DNA of 64,000 bases from Gloeobacterales cyanobacterium (GTDB taxonomy: Bacteria; Cyanobacteriota; Cyanobacteriia; Gloeobacterales; PMM-0068): contig JBBRSB010000003.1 of NCBI GenBank assembly GCA_038245785.1, positions 128,001 to 192,000 on the forward strand, written 5' to 3'. Within the stretch, counting starts at the first letter, position 1. Every line of letters begins with the position of its first letter. The notes under the pieces are model-generated. The model was not told the DNA's origin and ran no database searches. It was given only the letters and a program-made list of their open reading frames with translations. The position numbers were made by a program, and so were the translations under genes. This document shows positions 41,400-51,414 of the stretch, piece after piece.

Positions 41400-41612
41400 T
41401 CCCTCATGTGATAGCTCCCTGAGCGGAGTCGTGTCTGGCACAAGGTACCTGCTGCCGTAGGCAGATTGAACAGGTAGGCGAAGCCGAGAAGGGAGCTTGT
41501 TCCGGAAACAGAAGGATTGATTGGATTTGGCTACATCTTGCTACAGCCCAACCACAGCCCGGAATTGTTTATCCTCTGTCTCAGCTATCGCATCGCAAGC
41601 TTAGCGATCACT

Positions 41613-41858
41613 CTACACTTCACTGCGAGCCAGATTCAACAGTTTACCCTGAACAGATTCCATTTTGGAATCTCGGATGTACGTACTGGCATTGATGCTT
41701 TCCACGCCAATTAACTCTCCGGATGCATTCAGTTCAGCAGTGATATTCGGGCTAATTTCAACACTTGCTGATTCTGGCTCTTCGGAGATGAGCAGATGAA
41801 GAATATCCTCTTCTCTGAAGTAATTCATTTGTGGCAATGTTTGCTTATTGTCAGACAT
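41613..41858 (-). CDS. DUF2283 domain protein (antitoxin-like)
   Basis: YFREEDILH, VEISPNITAELN..GELIGVE. Confidence 0.7.
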   Translation of the reverse strand: MSDNKQTLPQMNYFREEDILHLLISEEPESASVEISPNITAELNASGELIGVESINASTYIRDSKMESVQGKLLNLARSEV

Positions 41859-42025
41859 TTGGGATAAACCGTCCAGTTTTTAGACGAAATCGAATTTGTT
41901 GTCGAGTTGTGGCGTGAGTTGTAATCGGTGTAATTATATTTTTATAGAGATATTAGTCATGGATTTTTCTCTCTTTTTCTTACTTTGCCAGTAAGTAATT
42001 AGCTTCTGCATGAACCAGGATAGAA

Positions 42026-42592
42026 CTAGCTGTGCCCCATGTTTAACCAACCAAACACTTGATTGACCGTGAGGGTTAGATCTAGTTCGGGCAAGGCCGG
42101 AAGAACTTGATTCCCCTGACACAGGATGGGCTGTTGCCGAGGCAGTAAAACTAAAATACTGAGATCATCCGGGTCAACAAACCAACCCATACGGCTGCCA
42201 TGCTCTAGACAATGAAGCAGATTCCCCAGCACTTTGTTTGGCCCCTGTTGGGGGGAAAGAATTTCAATCGTCCAATCTGGTGGAAGGTCAAAGTTGTCCG
42301 GAACATCACCCTCGGGGGTGAAAGGGATACGATCCCACCGAAAGATAGCCACATCGGGAACGATCGATCGCCCTGCAAAGCTACATCTCAATTCTGGGAA
42401 TGCATAGGCAATCTTTGGCTCCTCAGCAACTTGATTGATCGCTGCACAGAGCTTTGCCTGCAAACGGCTATGTCTTCCTTTTGGCATGGGCTTCTGAATC
42501 ACCTGTCCGTCGATGTATTCACGCGCAGGTTTGGTTTCTGGCAGTTCCAGAAATTCCTGCAATGTCAACGGTTTGGAGCGTGCTTGTGTCAT
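42026..42592 (-). CDS. Uma2 family endonuclease
   Basis: LPETKPAREY, IVPDVA, PDWTIEILSP. Confidence 0.88.
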   Translation of the reverse strand: MTQARSKPLTLQEFLELPETKPAREYIDGQVIQKPMPKGRHSRLQAKLCAAINQVAEEPKIAYAFPELRCSFAGRSIVPDVAIFRWDRIPFTPEGDVPDNFDLPPDWTIEILSPQQGPNKVLGNLLHCLEHGSRMGWFVDPDDLSILVLLPRQQPILCQGNQVLPALPELDLTLTVNQVFGWLNMGHS

Positions 42593-42710
42593 TCGGATCG
42601 CCTGCAACACAACAAGGCTAATTCCACAATTTATTGTATGCGATTCTCACGATGCGAGGTTTGATTTAGCTGTCTGGTTCGCTTTGAGGATAAGGAAAAC
42701 ACCGAGCGAT

Positions 42711-43988
42711 TTACAGCCCAACCAAAGCCCGGAACTGTTTATCCTCCCGAATGTTATCAAAGTCGGAATCTGTTTTTGCTACCTCTCGAGACTTTGCATA
42801 TAAATCAATTGCCCGTCGCAAATTCTCGATCGCTGCTTTGAATTCTTTCTTTAAGCTATAGGCACAAGCTTTTTTGTAGTAAGCCTCAGCATAATCAGGC
42901 TTGAGCTTAAGGGCTTGGTTGTAGTCTACGATTGCTTGAGTATAGTTGCCCTGCGTAGAGTAAACACTCCCCCTAGTGTAATAGCCCTCAGCATGGTTCG
43001 GCTCGAGCTTAAGAGCTTGGTTGAAGTCTACAATCGCATTCTTATAATCGCTTTTGGAGTAGTAGGAGATTCCACGAAAAAAGTAAACTGCCTCCTGCCC
43101 CAGGGTTGTCACTGGCTCCTTCACCTGCTCCAGCGCAGACGTGAATCGAACAATTGCCCCTTCTCAATCCGATTTTGCATATTGCACCATTCCCAGACTG
43201 AAAAGCGTAAGGTAGCTCATCTCTTTGAAGAGCCGAGTTTGCAGGTTAAAGCTATTCAGTTCAGCAATCGCTGAAGTTTGGGCTTTTCCTTTGGCTGTTT
43301 CTTCTAGCTCAGGAAAATAATCTGGAGGTTTCATCACCTCAAAGTGAACGCTGACTTGTACATTTATTGGAGTGACACCATAATCACCCCAAATCACGAT
43401 CGATGCTTTCTGCTGATCGCCTATGGCACGGGCGCTTTGCTTTTCAGTGATGGTTTGGTTCAGCTCTTTCACCTCGACATCCGTATAGTGTTTAGTAGCT
43501 TCTTCCAGGTTTTTCCGAATGTTTTTTGCTACCCGATACCTCTTCGGCTCAACGCCATCAAAATCAGCAACCAGAACAATAATGTCTTTGGGAGGAAGGT
43601 TCTGGACATAAAACCAGTCTGCAACACCAGAAAGACTAAGAATTGGGATCATAATTAGTCCAGTATTGGCCAATCGACGAATCCATTTCCGATTTTGTTT
43701 TTCTTTTGCCTGGGCTTTCACTTGCGCATCTGACAGCGACAAAAATCCCGATTGCCCCTTATCCTGTTGTTCTGGCTTACATAAGCGGGCGTAGTAAAGG
43801 CAGATACTCAGTAATAGTAAAATTCCAACAGTCAGCGAAATCAGCGCAAGCAATCCAGCATCTTTATCGGCGAAAAGCTTGAAAAGTCCATAAACAACAA
43901 GAATAAACGAGATAACTGACGAGACGGGGGTACTAAGATTCTTTAGAAACGTCCCCAAGCTAGGGTTGGAGTCATTGCCACTGCCCAT
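42711..43988 (-). pseudogene. Membrane-anchored TPR protein split by an in-frame stop codon
   Basis: The two ORFs 43164-43988 and 42711-43124 share a frame; KSD-TGA-EGAIVRF at 43164-43166; C-terminal TPR repeats. Confidence 0.75.
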
Positions 43989-44130
43989 GTAACGGTTCTC
44001 ACTTAACTATTTCGGTGGTATCGAGCAGTAACCGAGCTGAGAAAGAAGTGCACGTAGTCGGTCTTACGGGCTGCTCCACTGAGAAAGCAGCATAACATGG
44101 GTCGCGTAGGGGCAAGTCTAAAATGAAAAA

Positions 44131-44226
44131 ATAGGGAGTACTAGCAAAGGACGAATTATCTTCGTAGTCCTCACTCGACGAGAGGGAATGATTCGGGTTG
44201 TCACAGCCAGGAATGCAACAAACGCC
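44131..44226 (+). pseudogene. BrnT-family toxin fragment
   Basis: IGSTSKGRIIFVVLTRREGMIRVVTARNA resembles the BrnT C-terminal motif; no in-frame start. Confidence 0.6.
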
Positions 44227-44309
44227 TGGGCGATGGGCGATCTGCTTGCAGCAGCGCTTCGCTATCGCACTAAGATAAACTAGAAGAGGCCTATTCACTC
44301 TATCTGATA

Positions 44310-44534
44310 ATGGACGTTGTAAAACTGACCACCAAAATTGATGAATATGGTTGTTTGAATCTTAGTATTCCAACGCAATTAGCGGGAGCTGAGGTAAATG
44401 TTGTTGTGGTGGTGAATCCAGTTTCATCAGTCGAGAAGCCGCAATGCAAGTATGATTTCTCTGATTTAGTAGGTCGATTAACCTGGCAGGGAGATGCCGT
44501 CGCAATGCAGAGGAATCTCCGGGATGAGTGGTGA
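44310..44534 (+). CDS. Small putative antitoxin
   Basis: 74 aa ending QRNLRDEW; overlaps the start of the PIN gene. Confidence 0.7.
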   Translation: MDVVKLTTKIDEYGCLNLSIPTQLAGAEVNVVVVVNPVSSVEKPQCKYDFSDLVGRLTWQGDAVAMQRNLRDEW

Positions 44535-44901
44535 TCGCTAACTGCTGGATACAAATGCAATCGTAGCGCTGCTCCAGGGAAATTCTCAACTCGTTCAATT
44601 ATCGAAAAATGCTGATTGGATAGGGATTTCAGTCATTAGCCAAATTGAGTTTTTGGCGTTTTCTGGGTTAACTCAAGCCGATCGTCAACTTTTTCAAGAG
44701 TTTCTTCAACGAATAGAGGTTGTTGATTTAACGTCAACTGACGCTGAGTTGGTTGAGAAAATCATTGAAGTTCGCCAACAGTTTCGATTGAAATTACCGG
44801 ACGCGATCGTGGCTGCTATGGCGATCCAAAATTCAGCAGGTGTAGTAACAGCCGATCGAGAATTTGCGAAGGTCAACGTTTTAACGGTAATTAATTGGTA
44901 G
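44524..44901 (+). pseudogene. VapC/PIN toxin with nonsense codon 6
   Basis: MSGDR*LLDTNAIV...SVISQIEFL...LKLPDAIVAA...TADREF; TAA at 44539-44541 precedes the catalytic DTN motif. Confidence 0.82.
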
Positions 44902-45153
44902 CGATCGTCCACAGCCCTGTTCTAACCCACTATCCGAATAGAATCGGTGCATTACGCTCCCTATGGCTGTTAACGTGCAGTGCCACGAAAAGACCGCATC
45001 CTCCTTGCGGTAGGGCAGTAGATCACCTGTGAAATGTTTGAAAGAATTTTGGTTTTGGGGTTCACCGGGTGCATTATAGTGATGCTCCCCTGACGATCCT
45101 ACCCCTCCCGTCATGAAGTGTGGTCTAGCAGGGGACTCTCGGAGAATATAAAG

Positions 45154-45768
45154 ATGATTCAAGCCGTACCAAAACTGACCACCTTCGATGAGTTCATGGA
45201 TTGGTACCCAGAGAACTCTGAATATCGCTATGAACTGCACGATGGGGTGATTGTTCAAATGCCCAAACCGACAGGTCCACATACCAAAGTTGCTAGCTTC
45301 ATCCGAAGCAAGCTAGATCGTGAGATTGAACGCCTTAATCATCCCTACTTCATCCCTAGAGAATGCATTGTGAAGCCTAACGACCAATCGGGCTATGAAC
45401 CTGATGTAATTGTGTTGAATGAGGAATTGCTACAAAATGATCCGAGATGGGAGAAAGAGTCCACGATTACCAAAAGGGCATCGGCGGTTCTAATCATTGA
45501 AGTGGTTTCTACAAACTGGCGAGACGACTACTACAAAAAATTTGCAGACTATGAAGCGATGGGCATCGGCGAGTATTGGGTCGCGGATTACTTAGCCTTG
45601 GGGGGACGAAAATATATTGGTTCTCCAAAGCAACCCACTATTTCAGTTTATGAGTTGATCGAAGGGGAATACGAGCTGAAGCAGTTTAGAGGAAACGATC
45701 GCATCCTCTCACCCAATTTCCCTAAATTGGAATTGACCGCAGAACAAGTGTTTGCAAAAGGAAGGTGA
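45154..45768 (+). CDS. Uma2 family endonuclease
   Basis: RYELHDG, YEPDVIV, IEVVSTNWRDDY, GIGEYW. Confidence 0.88.
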   Translation: MIQAVPKLTTFDEFMDWYPENSEYRYELHDGVIVQMPKPTGPHTKVASFIRSKLDREIERLNHPYFIPRECIVKPNDQSGYEPDVIVLNEELLQNDPRWEKESTITKRASAVLIIEVVSTNWRDDYYKKFADYEAMGIGEYWVADYLALGGRKYIGSPKQPTISVYELIEGEYELKQFRGNDRILSPNFPKLELTAEQVFAKGR

Positions 45769-45794
45769 CCGTTATAGAACAGGGAACACTTCTG

Positions 45795-45889
45795 TAGCAG
45801 CAGATCTGCCCTGCGCGGCGTCCACTGCATCGACTGCTTCTTGACCATCCGTTTGGAAATCAACCCACCCCCTGAAAATTGGTGGCCTC
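45795..45889 (-). mobile_element. IS remnant, probably ISKra4 family
   Basis: Minus strand LISKRMVKKQSMQWTPRRADLLLQ resembles the ISKra4 transposase C-terminus; preceded by a GAG-initiated end-like sequence GAGGCCACCAATTTTCAGGGGGTGG. Confidence 0.55.
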
Positions 45890-46039
45890 GCACGCACGGG
45901 GACCAGCCTGAAATGAACAAAAAAAGCCCATGCGTGCGGTTGTGGGCTTCATATCGGTTCGGAAAACGAGATTGCAGCAACGGCTAGCGGGTTTCTCTTA
46001 CTGAGGATAGGATGGCCAAGTACCTGCGGAGTAACGCTT

Positions 46040-46741
46040 ATGACTCCTGAGCAGATAGAAGAAATAGCACGATTGCGCAGCTTAAACCTTTCTTCTAAAC
46101 AGATTGCTCGTCAATTGGGACTACGCCCTGCGGAGGTAAGCACCGTCATTCGAGAGCAGGCAGAAGAGGTGACCCTTGCCAGGATAGAGAGGGGTGAGTT
46201 GGCCCCCATTGAAAGCTGTCTGATCAATGAGAGTGCAGCAAAGCATCTCCTGGAATCGGCAGAAGAGAACGCTTTACGGTTGGCCTATGGGGGAGACAAT
46301 GGTTTAGCCCAGATCTTTGTGACGAGGGTTGAGCGTAATCGATATCTGTTGGGCAGCTATCTGGTGGACTACTGGTGTTTGGGAGTTAAAGATACTTTTG
46401 GTCCTCGCAAGCTTGATCGGACAAAATATGAAATAACAGTTGAAGCAGCCTATCTAGCTTTCGATGAAAACTACCGAGAAATCACCCTGAAACAAGCTCA
46501 AGCTATCATCTTTGGAGCTGTGGACTATGCTGCCAAGCTGGGTTTTAATCCTCATCCCGATTTTGAATCAGTCAAAGCTCATCTGGGTCAGCCCCTAGAC
46601 GATCTACCCGCTCTTGAGTTCGGGCGAGAGGGGAAACCGTTCTACATGAACGGTCCCTATGATCGTCCGAGTGAAATCCTTGCCACACTGCAAGAAACTG
46701 TTGGAGAGGGAAACTTTGATTATGTACTAGAGGTCGGATGA
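46040..46741 (+). CDS. Hypothetical protein with N-terminal HTH
   Basis: KQIARQLGLRPAEV; YLVDYWCLGVKD; FGREGKPFYMNGPYD. Confidence 0.7.
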   Translation: MTPEQIEEIARLRSLNLSSKQIARQLGLRPAEVSTVIREQAEEVTLARIERGELAPIESCLINESAAKHLLESAEENALRLAYGGDNGLAQIFVTRVERNRYLLGSYLVDYWCLGVKDTFGPRKLDRTKYEITVEAAYLAFDENYREITLKQAQAIIFGAVDYAAKLGFNPHPDFESVKAHLGQPLDDLPALEFGREGKPFYMNGPYDRPSEILATLQETVGEGNFDYVLEVG

Positions 46742-46813
46742 CCTTGACCAGTGAATCAAGTGAACCACCCTAGTCACTGAAATTTATAGCGTCCGCTCAT
46801 CTACACGACAAAA

Positions 46814-47098
46814 CTACTTGTGGACAACTTCGCTGAGGGACTCATGAATGACTTCATCACTCACCCCATGACGTTTCAGACTAGCAACCAACGCAGAAAC
46901 AGTATCTCCATCTGGTCGCTCAAGATCCACCCGTAGCCCTTGACCGATATAAGCGCGAATTAGCGGCTGATATCCCGAAAAGCCGAGCAGTGGAGCTAGT
47001 CGTTTTAGATCCTCAATCACATCTTCAGGTATCCAAATCGTGACGGTGGTCATAAGACGGTTTTTATCCAATCGTTTTTTCAAGGCTTCAGCTTTCAT
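46814..47098 (-). CDS. Orphan RHH/BrnA-like antitoxin
   Basis: MTTVTIWIPEDVIEDLKRLA...GYQPLIRAYI; overlapping upstream KEREYYES* resembles a toxin tail. Confidence 0.65.
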   Translation of the reverse strand: MKAEALKKRLDKNRLMTTVTIWIPEDVIEDLKRLAPLLGFSGYQPLIRAYIGQGLRVDLERPDGDTVSALVASLKRHGVSDEVIHESLSEVVHK

Positions 47099-47219
47099 AG
47101 TACTCACGCTCCTTATTAGGTTGCCGAACTGGAATAGAAACTCCCCCAGGGAAGAATATAGCCATCTAGAAGCATCGTTGAGTACGATGTTTACGGAAGT
47201 CCTGCAAACAAAGAGTGTA

Positions 47220-47993
47220 ATGACCCTTCTCACCGTTCAAAAACTCACCAAAACCTTTGGTGGCCTCACTGCTGTCAAGGATATCTCTTTTGAACTGGAA
47301 AAGAATGACATTTTGAGCGTAATTGGTCCTAACGGAGCCGGGAAAACCACCCTCTTTAATATGCTGACAGGGATTTATCAGCCAACTGAAGGCCAGATTA
47401 TGCTCAAGAAGAATGAGGATGACAAAGAACGGACTTTGCAAGGTTTGAAATCCCATCAAATCAATCAAGCAGGGCTTGCCCGCACCTTCCAAAATATCCG
47501 CCTGTTCAATAAGATGACCGTGCTCGAAAATGTGATGGTAGGGCGGCATGTGCGAACCAGCAATGGCCTTTGGGCGATCCTGATTCCCAATAAAAAAGCT
47601 CGGATTGAAGAAGAAGAAACGATTGAGCAGTCCATGGAAAAGCTGGAATTTGTCGGCTTAGGCGATAAGGCTTTCATTCAAGCGGATAGCCTGTCCTACG
47701 GAGACCAGCGCCGCCTGGAAATCGCCCGAGCTTTAGCCACCGATCCGACCATTCTACTTTTAGATGAACCAGCTGCTGGGATGAATCCTCAGGAAAAAAA
47801 GCAATTAATTGGCCTCATCCGCAGAATTCAGGAAAAAGGGGTAACCGTCATTTTGATTGAACATGATATGGGTTTGGTGATGAACATCTCAGACCATATT
47901 GTCGTCATGAACTTTGGACAGAAAATCTGTGAAGGCACCCCAGAGGTCGTTCGAGAGAACCCCGAAGTAATCAAAGCGTACTTAGGCGCATAA
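47220..47993 (+). CDS. Branched-chain amino acid ABC transporter ATP-binding protein (LivG-like)
   Basis: FGGLTAV, GPNGAGKTT, RTFQNIRLF, LSYGDQRRLEIARAL, VIKAYLG. Confidence 0.9.
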   Translation: MTLLTVQKLTKTFGGLTAVKDISFELEKNDILSVIGPNGAGKTTLFNMLTGIYQPTEGQIMLKKNEDDKERTLQGLKSHQINQAGLARTFQNIRLFNKMTVLENVMVGRHVRTSNGLWAILIPNKKARIEEEETIEQSMEKLEFVGLGDKAFIQADSLSYGDQRRLEIARALATDPTILLLDEPAAGMNPQEKKQLIGLIRRIQEKGVTVILIEHDMGLVMNISDHIVVMNFGQKICEGTPEVVRENPEVIKAYLGA

Positions 47994-48055
47994 AACTTAC
48001 AGGGGAGCCTAAACTAGATAGAGTGTTTGCTAAGTACCCCCATTCAGGGATATTC

Positions 48056-48571
48056 ATGACTGAAGAACTTACCCAAATTCTGACCCTGTCTTGTTCTGTT
48101 CAAACAGTGTTAGGCTCAGACCTTCCTATCTCCGAGCAAGACCGGCAGAGCTTAGACCAGCTCTTGGCGATGACAGAAGAACAACTGGGCCAGATGCCCA
48201 AAGACCTGATAGACCAAACTCGTCCCACCGTGGAAGATAGAGTCCGGGCCCGCGATCCTCAGGATTTATTTGCTTCCATCGTTCAGTTTGTACAGACCTT
48301 GAATAATGAACAGGTTGAAACGTTAGAAATCCCAGCCGCACTCGTCTTCGATGTTTTAGCCCACAAATTGCTGGCCATTCCAGACTTACCGGAGGATGTC
48401 ACCACGCAACTGCACCAGGGTCTTCAAAGCATTAGCCCAGAAGTCGCCACCATTCCTCCAGAACTGCAAGCTCAGATGAGAGACGTACTGGAGCAAGAAT
48501 TCGGTCAGCGCTCTCCTCAAGACCTGTTTGATCTCATGGTCCAGATGTTTGGGCAACAGCAGCAGCAGTAA
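48056..48571 (+). CDS. Hypothetical acidic protein with an internal repeat
   Basis: Two similar halves (RDPQDLF / RSPQDLF); no recognised family. Confidence 0.6.
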   Translation: MTEELTQILTLSCSVQTVLGSDLPISEQDRQSLDQLLAMTEEQLGQMPKDLIDQTRPTVEDRVRARDPQDLFASIVQFVQTLNNEQVETLEIPAALVFDVLAHKLLAIPDLPEDVTTQLHQGLQSISPEVATIPPELQAQMRDVLEQEFGQRSPQDLFDLMVQMFGQQQQQ

Positions 48572-48615
48572 CCTCACCCCGCCCTACGGGCACCCCTCTC
48601 CTATAGGAGAGGGGG
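48572..48615. repeat. REP-like double hairpin between convergent genes
   Basis: CCTCACCCCCGCCCTACGGGCACCCCTCTCCTATAGGAGAGGGGG. Confidence 0.6.
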
Positions 48616-48622
48616 AACGATC

Positions 48623-51070
48623 TTAACTCCGTAGCTCCACTCGATAGCGTTCTGTCAACGTCTCTCGAATATTTTGCTGCACAGGTTCTACGTCCTGGTC
48701 TGTGAGGGTGCGGTCCGTGGCGCGGTAGACCAGGCGGAAAGCAAGGGAGCGTTGGCCTTCCGGAACGTTTTTTCCTCGGTATTCATCAAAGAGTTCCACT
48801 GACTCTAGTAAGGGCCCGCCCGTGTGTTGAATGGTCTGCGCAAGCTGACTAGCGGGAACCTCAATGCTACAGAAAAAAGCTAGGTCCCGGTCTACGGCAG
48901 GATAGCTAGAAAAAGGCTCGTAGCGGATTTCCTGGTCTAAGATCTGGCCAAGCACTTCATCTAGATCTAGCTCAAAACCAAAGCTTTGGGGAGGAAGGTC
49001 TTCTTTCGACGCTAAACGCGGATGAATTTGACCAAATATTCCCAAACGCCTTCCAGAAAGCCAAAGAGAGGCTGTTCGTCCAGGATGGAAGCGTTCATCC
49101 CTCTGGTCGGGTTGGTATTCTGCGTGGACTCCTAAACCTGTAAGCACCTGCTCTAGAAGTCCTTTCGCTCCAAAGAAATCCCAGGGTTGGCTCGTTTTTT
49201 GCCAGGTTCCTACTGTAGGAGCACCGCAGAGAATCCCTGCCAGATGGTCTATTTCCTCAATGCCATCTTCTGTACGGGTAAAGACCCGTCCGATTTCAAA
49301 AGCCTGGAGCGGTGGATTGCCTTGCTCTAGGTTGTATTTCAAAGAAGCGAGCAGTCCTGGCAAGAGCTCTGTTCGTAGCGCGGCATAGTCTGCTGTTAGA
49401 GGATTGGTAATCGTCACAGCATCGCGGTCAGAAGCAATGAAGCGGGACAAGGTTTGGGCCTGTTTTGTGGAAAGTTCTCCTGTGGCCTGACTAGAAGGCA
49501 CGAAGCTATTGTGCAGCACTTCTGTGAGCCCTGCCCCTCGAAAACCAGCACGCAGTTTCCGCAGGGCGGTTTCATCTAACGTAAGAGCGCCTCCGAGATC
49601 GGCCAGGCTCGGCAGCGTCAGAGAGAAGTAGTCATAGCCCACGGTCCGGGCAATTTCTTCAATCAGGTCAATTTCCCTTTCCACATCCCGCTGACGGAAC
49701 CCTGGGACCCCGACCAAATAGGCTGGTTGTTCATCGGGACTGGGCGCAGATTGAACATCGAAGCCGAGGTTCTTCAGCTGTTGCTCCATCCGTTCCAGCG
49801 GCAGGGCATCCCCCATCACCTGAGCAAAGCGGCTAGAGCGGAAAAGAATGGTTTTTACGTCGTTAGACCGATGGTCCAAGCGCGTTTGAGAGACCACGGT
49901 TCCTCCTGCCAAGTCTACAATCAAGGCCAACGCTCGGTTCAGGGCATAGTCCAGAGCTGAGGCATCCACGCCCCGTTCATAGCGGGCAGAAGCTTCCGAA
50001 CGCAGGCCATGAGCACGGGCAGACCTACGGGTTGTCGCGGGATCGAAGAGGGCTGCTTCCAGAAGGATATGCCGACTGCTAGTCCGCACTTCCGTTGCTT
50101 CTCCGCCCATGACTCCGGCTAAAGCCACCGGTTGGTCATCACTGGTAATTACATGGCTTTGCGTCACGAGCCTGCGTTCATTGCCATCTAAGGTTTTCAG
50201 TACTTCCCCGGCATGGGCAAAACGTACCCCGAGAGCCAGGCTGTGAATATCCGAGCCTAAAGTTTCTGCATCGAAGGCATGCAGAGGTTGGCCCCATTCC
50301 AGAAGAATATAGTTGGTAATATCTACTAGATTATTGATCGATCGCTGTCCAGCACTTTCGAGTCTGCGCTGTAGCCACTGAGGGGAAGGTTGGATATTCA
50401 CCCCTTCAATTAAGGTGGCAAAGTAGGCTGGACAGGCATGGTTATCTTCTACGCGGACGGTAAGCGCGCCCTCTGGCACTAAGGGGACCTGTGTAACAGG
50501 CAATTTTAGAGGGGCTCCGGTGAGGGCCGCCACTTCTCGCGCAATACCGACCATCGAAAGGGCATCCGCCCGGTTAGCCGTAGAGGTCACATCGAGAATG
50601 GTGTCATCCAAACCCAGGATCGGGCGCACGTCCTGACCAAGGGCGTATTCCTGGTCAAAAATGTGAATGCCAGAAGATTCTTTCTCCAGACCCAATTCAT
50701 ACAAAGAACAAATCATGCCATGGGAATAAACACCCCGCAGTTTTGCCCTCCGTAGCTTCAGGTCAATGGTTGGCAAATAAACGCCCACAGGAGCGACAGC
50801 CACATAAATATCAGCCTTGGCGTTAGAAGCACCACACACAATAGTCAATGGCTCTCCTGCGCCAATATCTACCGTGCAGACCCCCAGTTTTTCTGCATCA
50901 GGATGACGCTGGTAGTCCAAAATTTTGCCAACGACTACACCATCTGCCCAACTCCTGCGGTCAATAATCTCTTCCACTTCAAAACCAGCCATCGTCAGGC
51001 GGTCCGCCAATGCTTGAGGGGCTAGATCATGGGCAACTAATTCTTTAAGCCAGTTGTAGGAAACGTACAT
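48623..51070 (-). CDS. pheT: Phenylalanine-tRNA ligase beta subunit
   Basis: MYVSYNWLKE, IVCGA, NRADALS, REIDLIEE, FDX-ACB C-terminus. Confidence 0.97.
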   Translation of the reverse strand: MYVSYNWLKELVAHDLAPQALADRLTMAGFEVEEIIDRRSWADGVVVGKILDYQRHPDAEKLGVCTVDIGAGEPLTIVCGASNAKADIYVAVAPVGVYLPTIDLKLRRAKLRGVYSHGMICSLYELGLEKESSGIHIFDQEYALGQDVRPILGLDDTILDVTSTANRADALSMVGIAREVAALTGAPLKLPVTQVPLVPEGALTVRVEDNHACPAYFATLIEGVNIQPSPQWLQRRLESAGQRSINNLVDITNYILLEWGQPLHAFDAETLGSDIHSLALGVRFAHAGEVLKTLDGNERRLVTQSHVITSDDQPVALAGVMGGEATEVRTSSRHILLEAALFDPATTRRSARAHGLRSEASARYERGVDASALDYALNRALALIVDLAGGTVVSQTRLDHRSNDVKTILFRSSRFAQVMGDALPLERMEQQLKNLGFDVQSAPSPDEQPAYLVGVPGFRQRDVEREIDLIEEIARTVGYDYFSLTLPSLADLGGALTLDETALRKLRAGFRGAGLTEVLHNSFVPSSQATGELSTKQAQTLSRFIASDRDAVTITNPLTADYAALRTELLPGLLASLKYNLEQGNPPLQAFEIGRVFTRTEDGIEEIDHLAGILCGAPTVGTWQKTSQPWDFFGAKGLLEQVLTGLGVHAEYQPDQRDERFHPGRTASLWLSGRRLGIFGQIHPRLASKEDLPPQSFGFELDLDEVLGQILDQEIRYEPFSSYPAVDRDLAFFCSIEVPASQLAQTIQHTGGPLLESVELFDEYRGKNVPEGQRSLAFRLVYRATDRTLTDQDVEPVQQNIRETLTERYRVELRS

Positions 51071-51148
51071 GGAGCAAGGCCGATGAAGACGATTAAGTCC
51101 ATCCTACGATGCAAGGTGCTTCGAGAAGCTATAGTCTCGATTCCTCCC

Positions 51149-51414
51149 ACCCCTCAGTCCCTCCGGGACAGCTCCCCACCCTTCGGGAAGGCTTCGCCTA
51201 GGGAGGGGAGCCTATTTTGGGAGCAGAAGGATGGATTGGATTTGGCTACAGGCATTGCTAAAGCTATGGCTCAATTCCTCATGTGTGGGATGGACTCGGG
51301 CCTCTTCTGTCAAGGTGTTCTCGCATCCTATCAGTTCCTAACTCTGTACCCTCAGCTTTGTCTTCCAGAAAGGGCTCCCCTCTAAGGGGAGCTGTCCCGG
51401 AGGGACTGAGGGGT
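51149..51414. repeat. Element bounded by perfect 29-bp inverted repeats (REP doublet / MITE-like)
   Basis: ACCCCTCAGTCCCTCCGGGACAGCTCCCC (51149-51177) and its exact reverse complement (51386-51414). Confidence 0.75.

Noticed and set aside
47040..47219. N-terminal extension of the LivG-like ORF
   Set aside because: Overlaps the opposite-strand antitoxin; LivG similarity begins at MTLLTVQKL (47220).
51083..51385. 100-aa plus-strand ORF
   Set aside because: Runs through the inverted-repeat element; its composition reflects the repeats.
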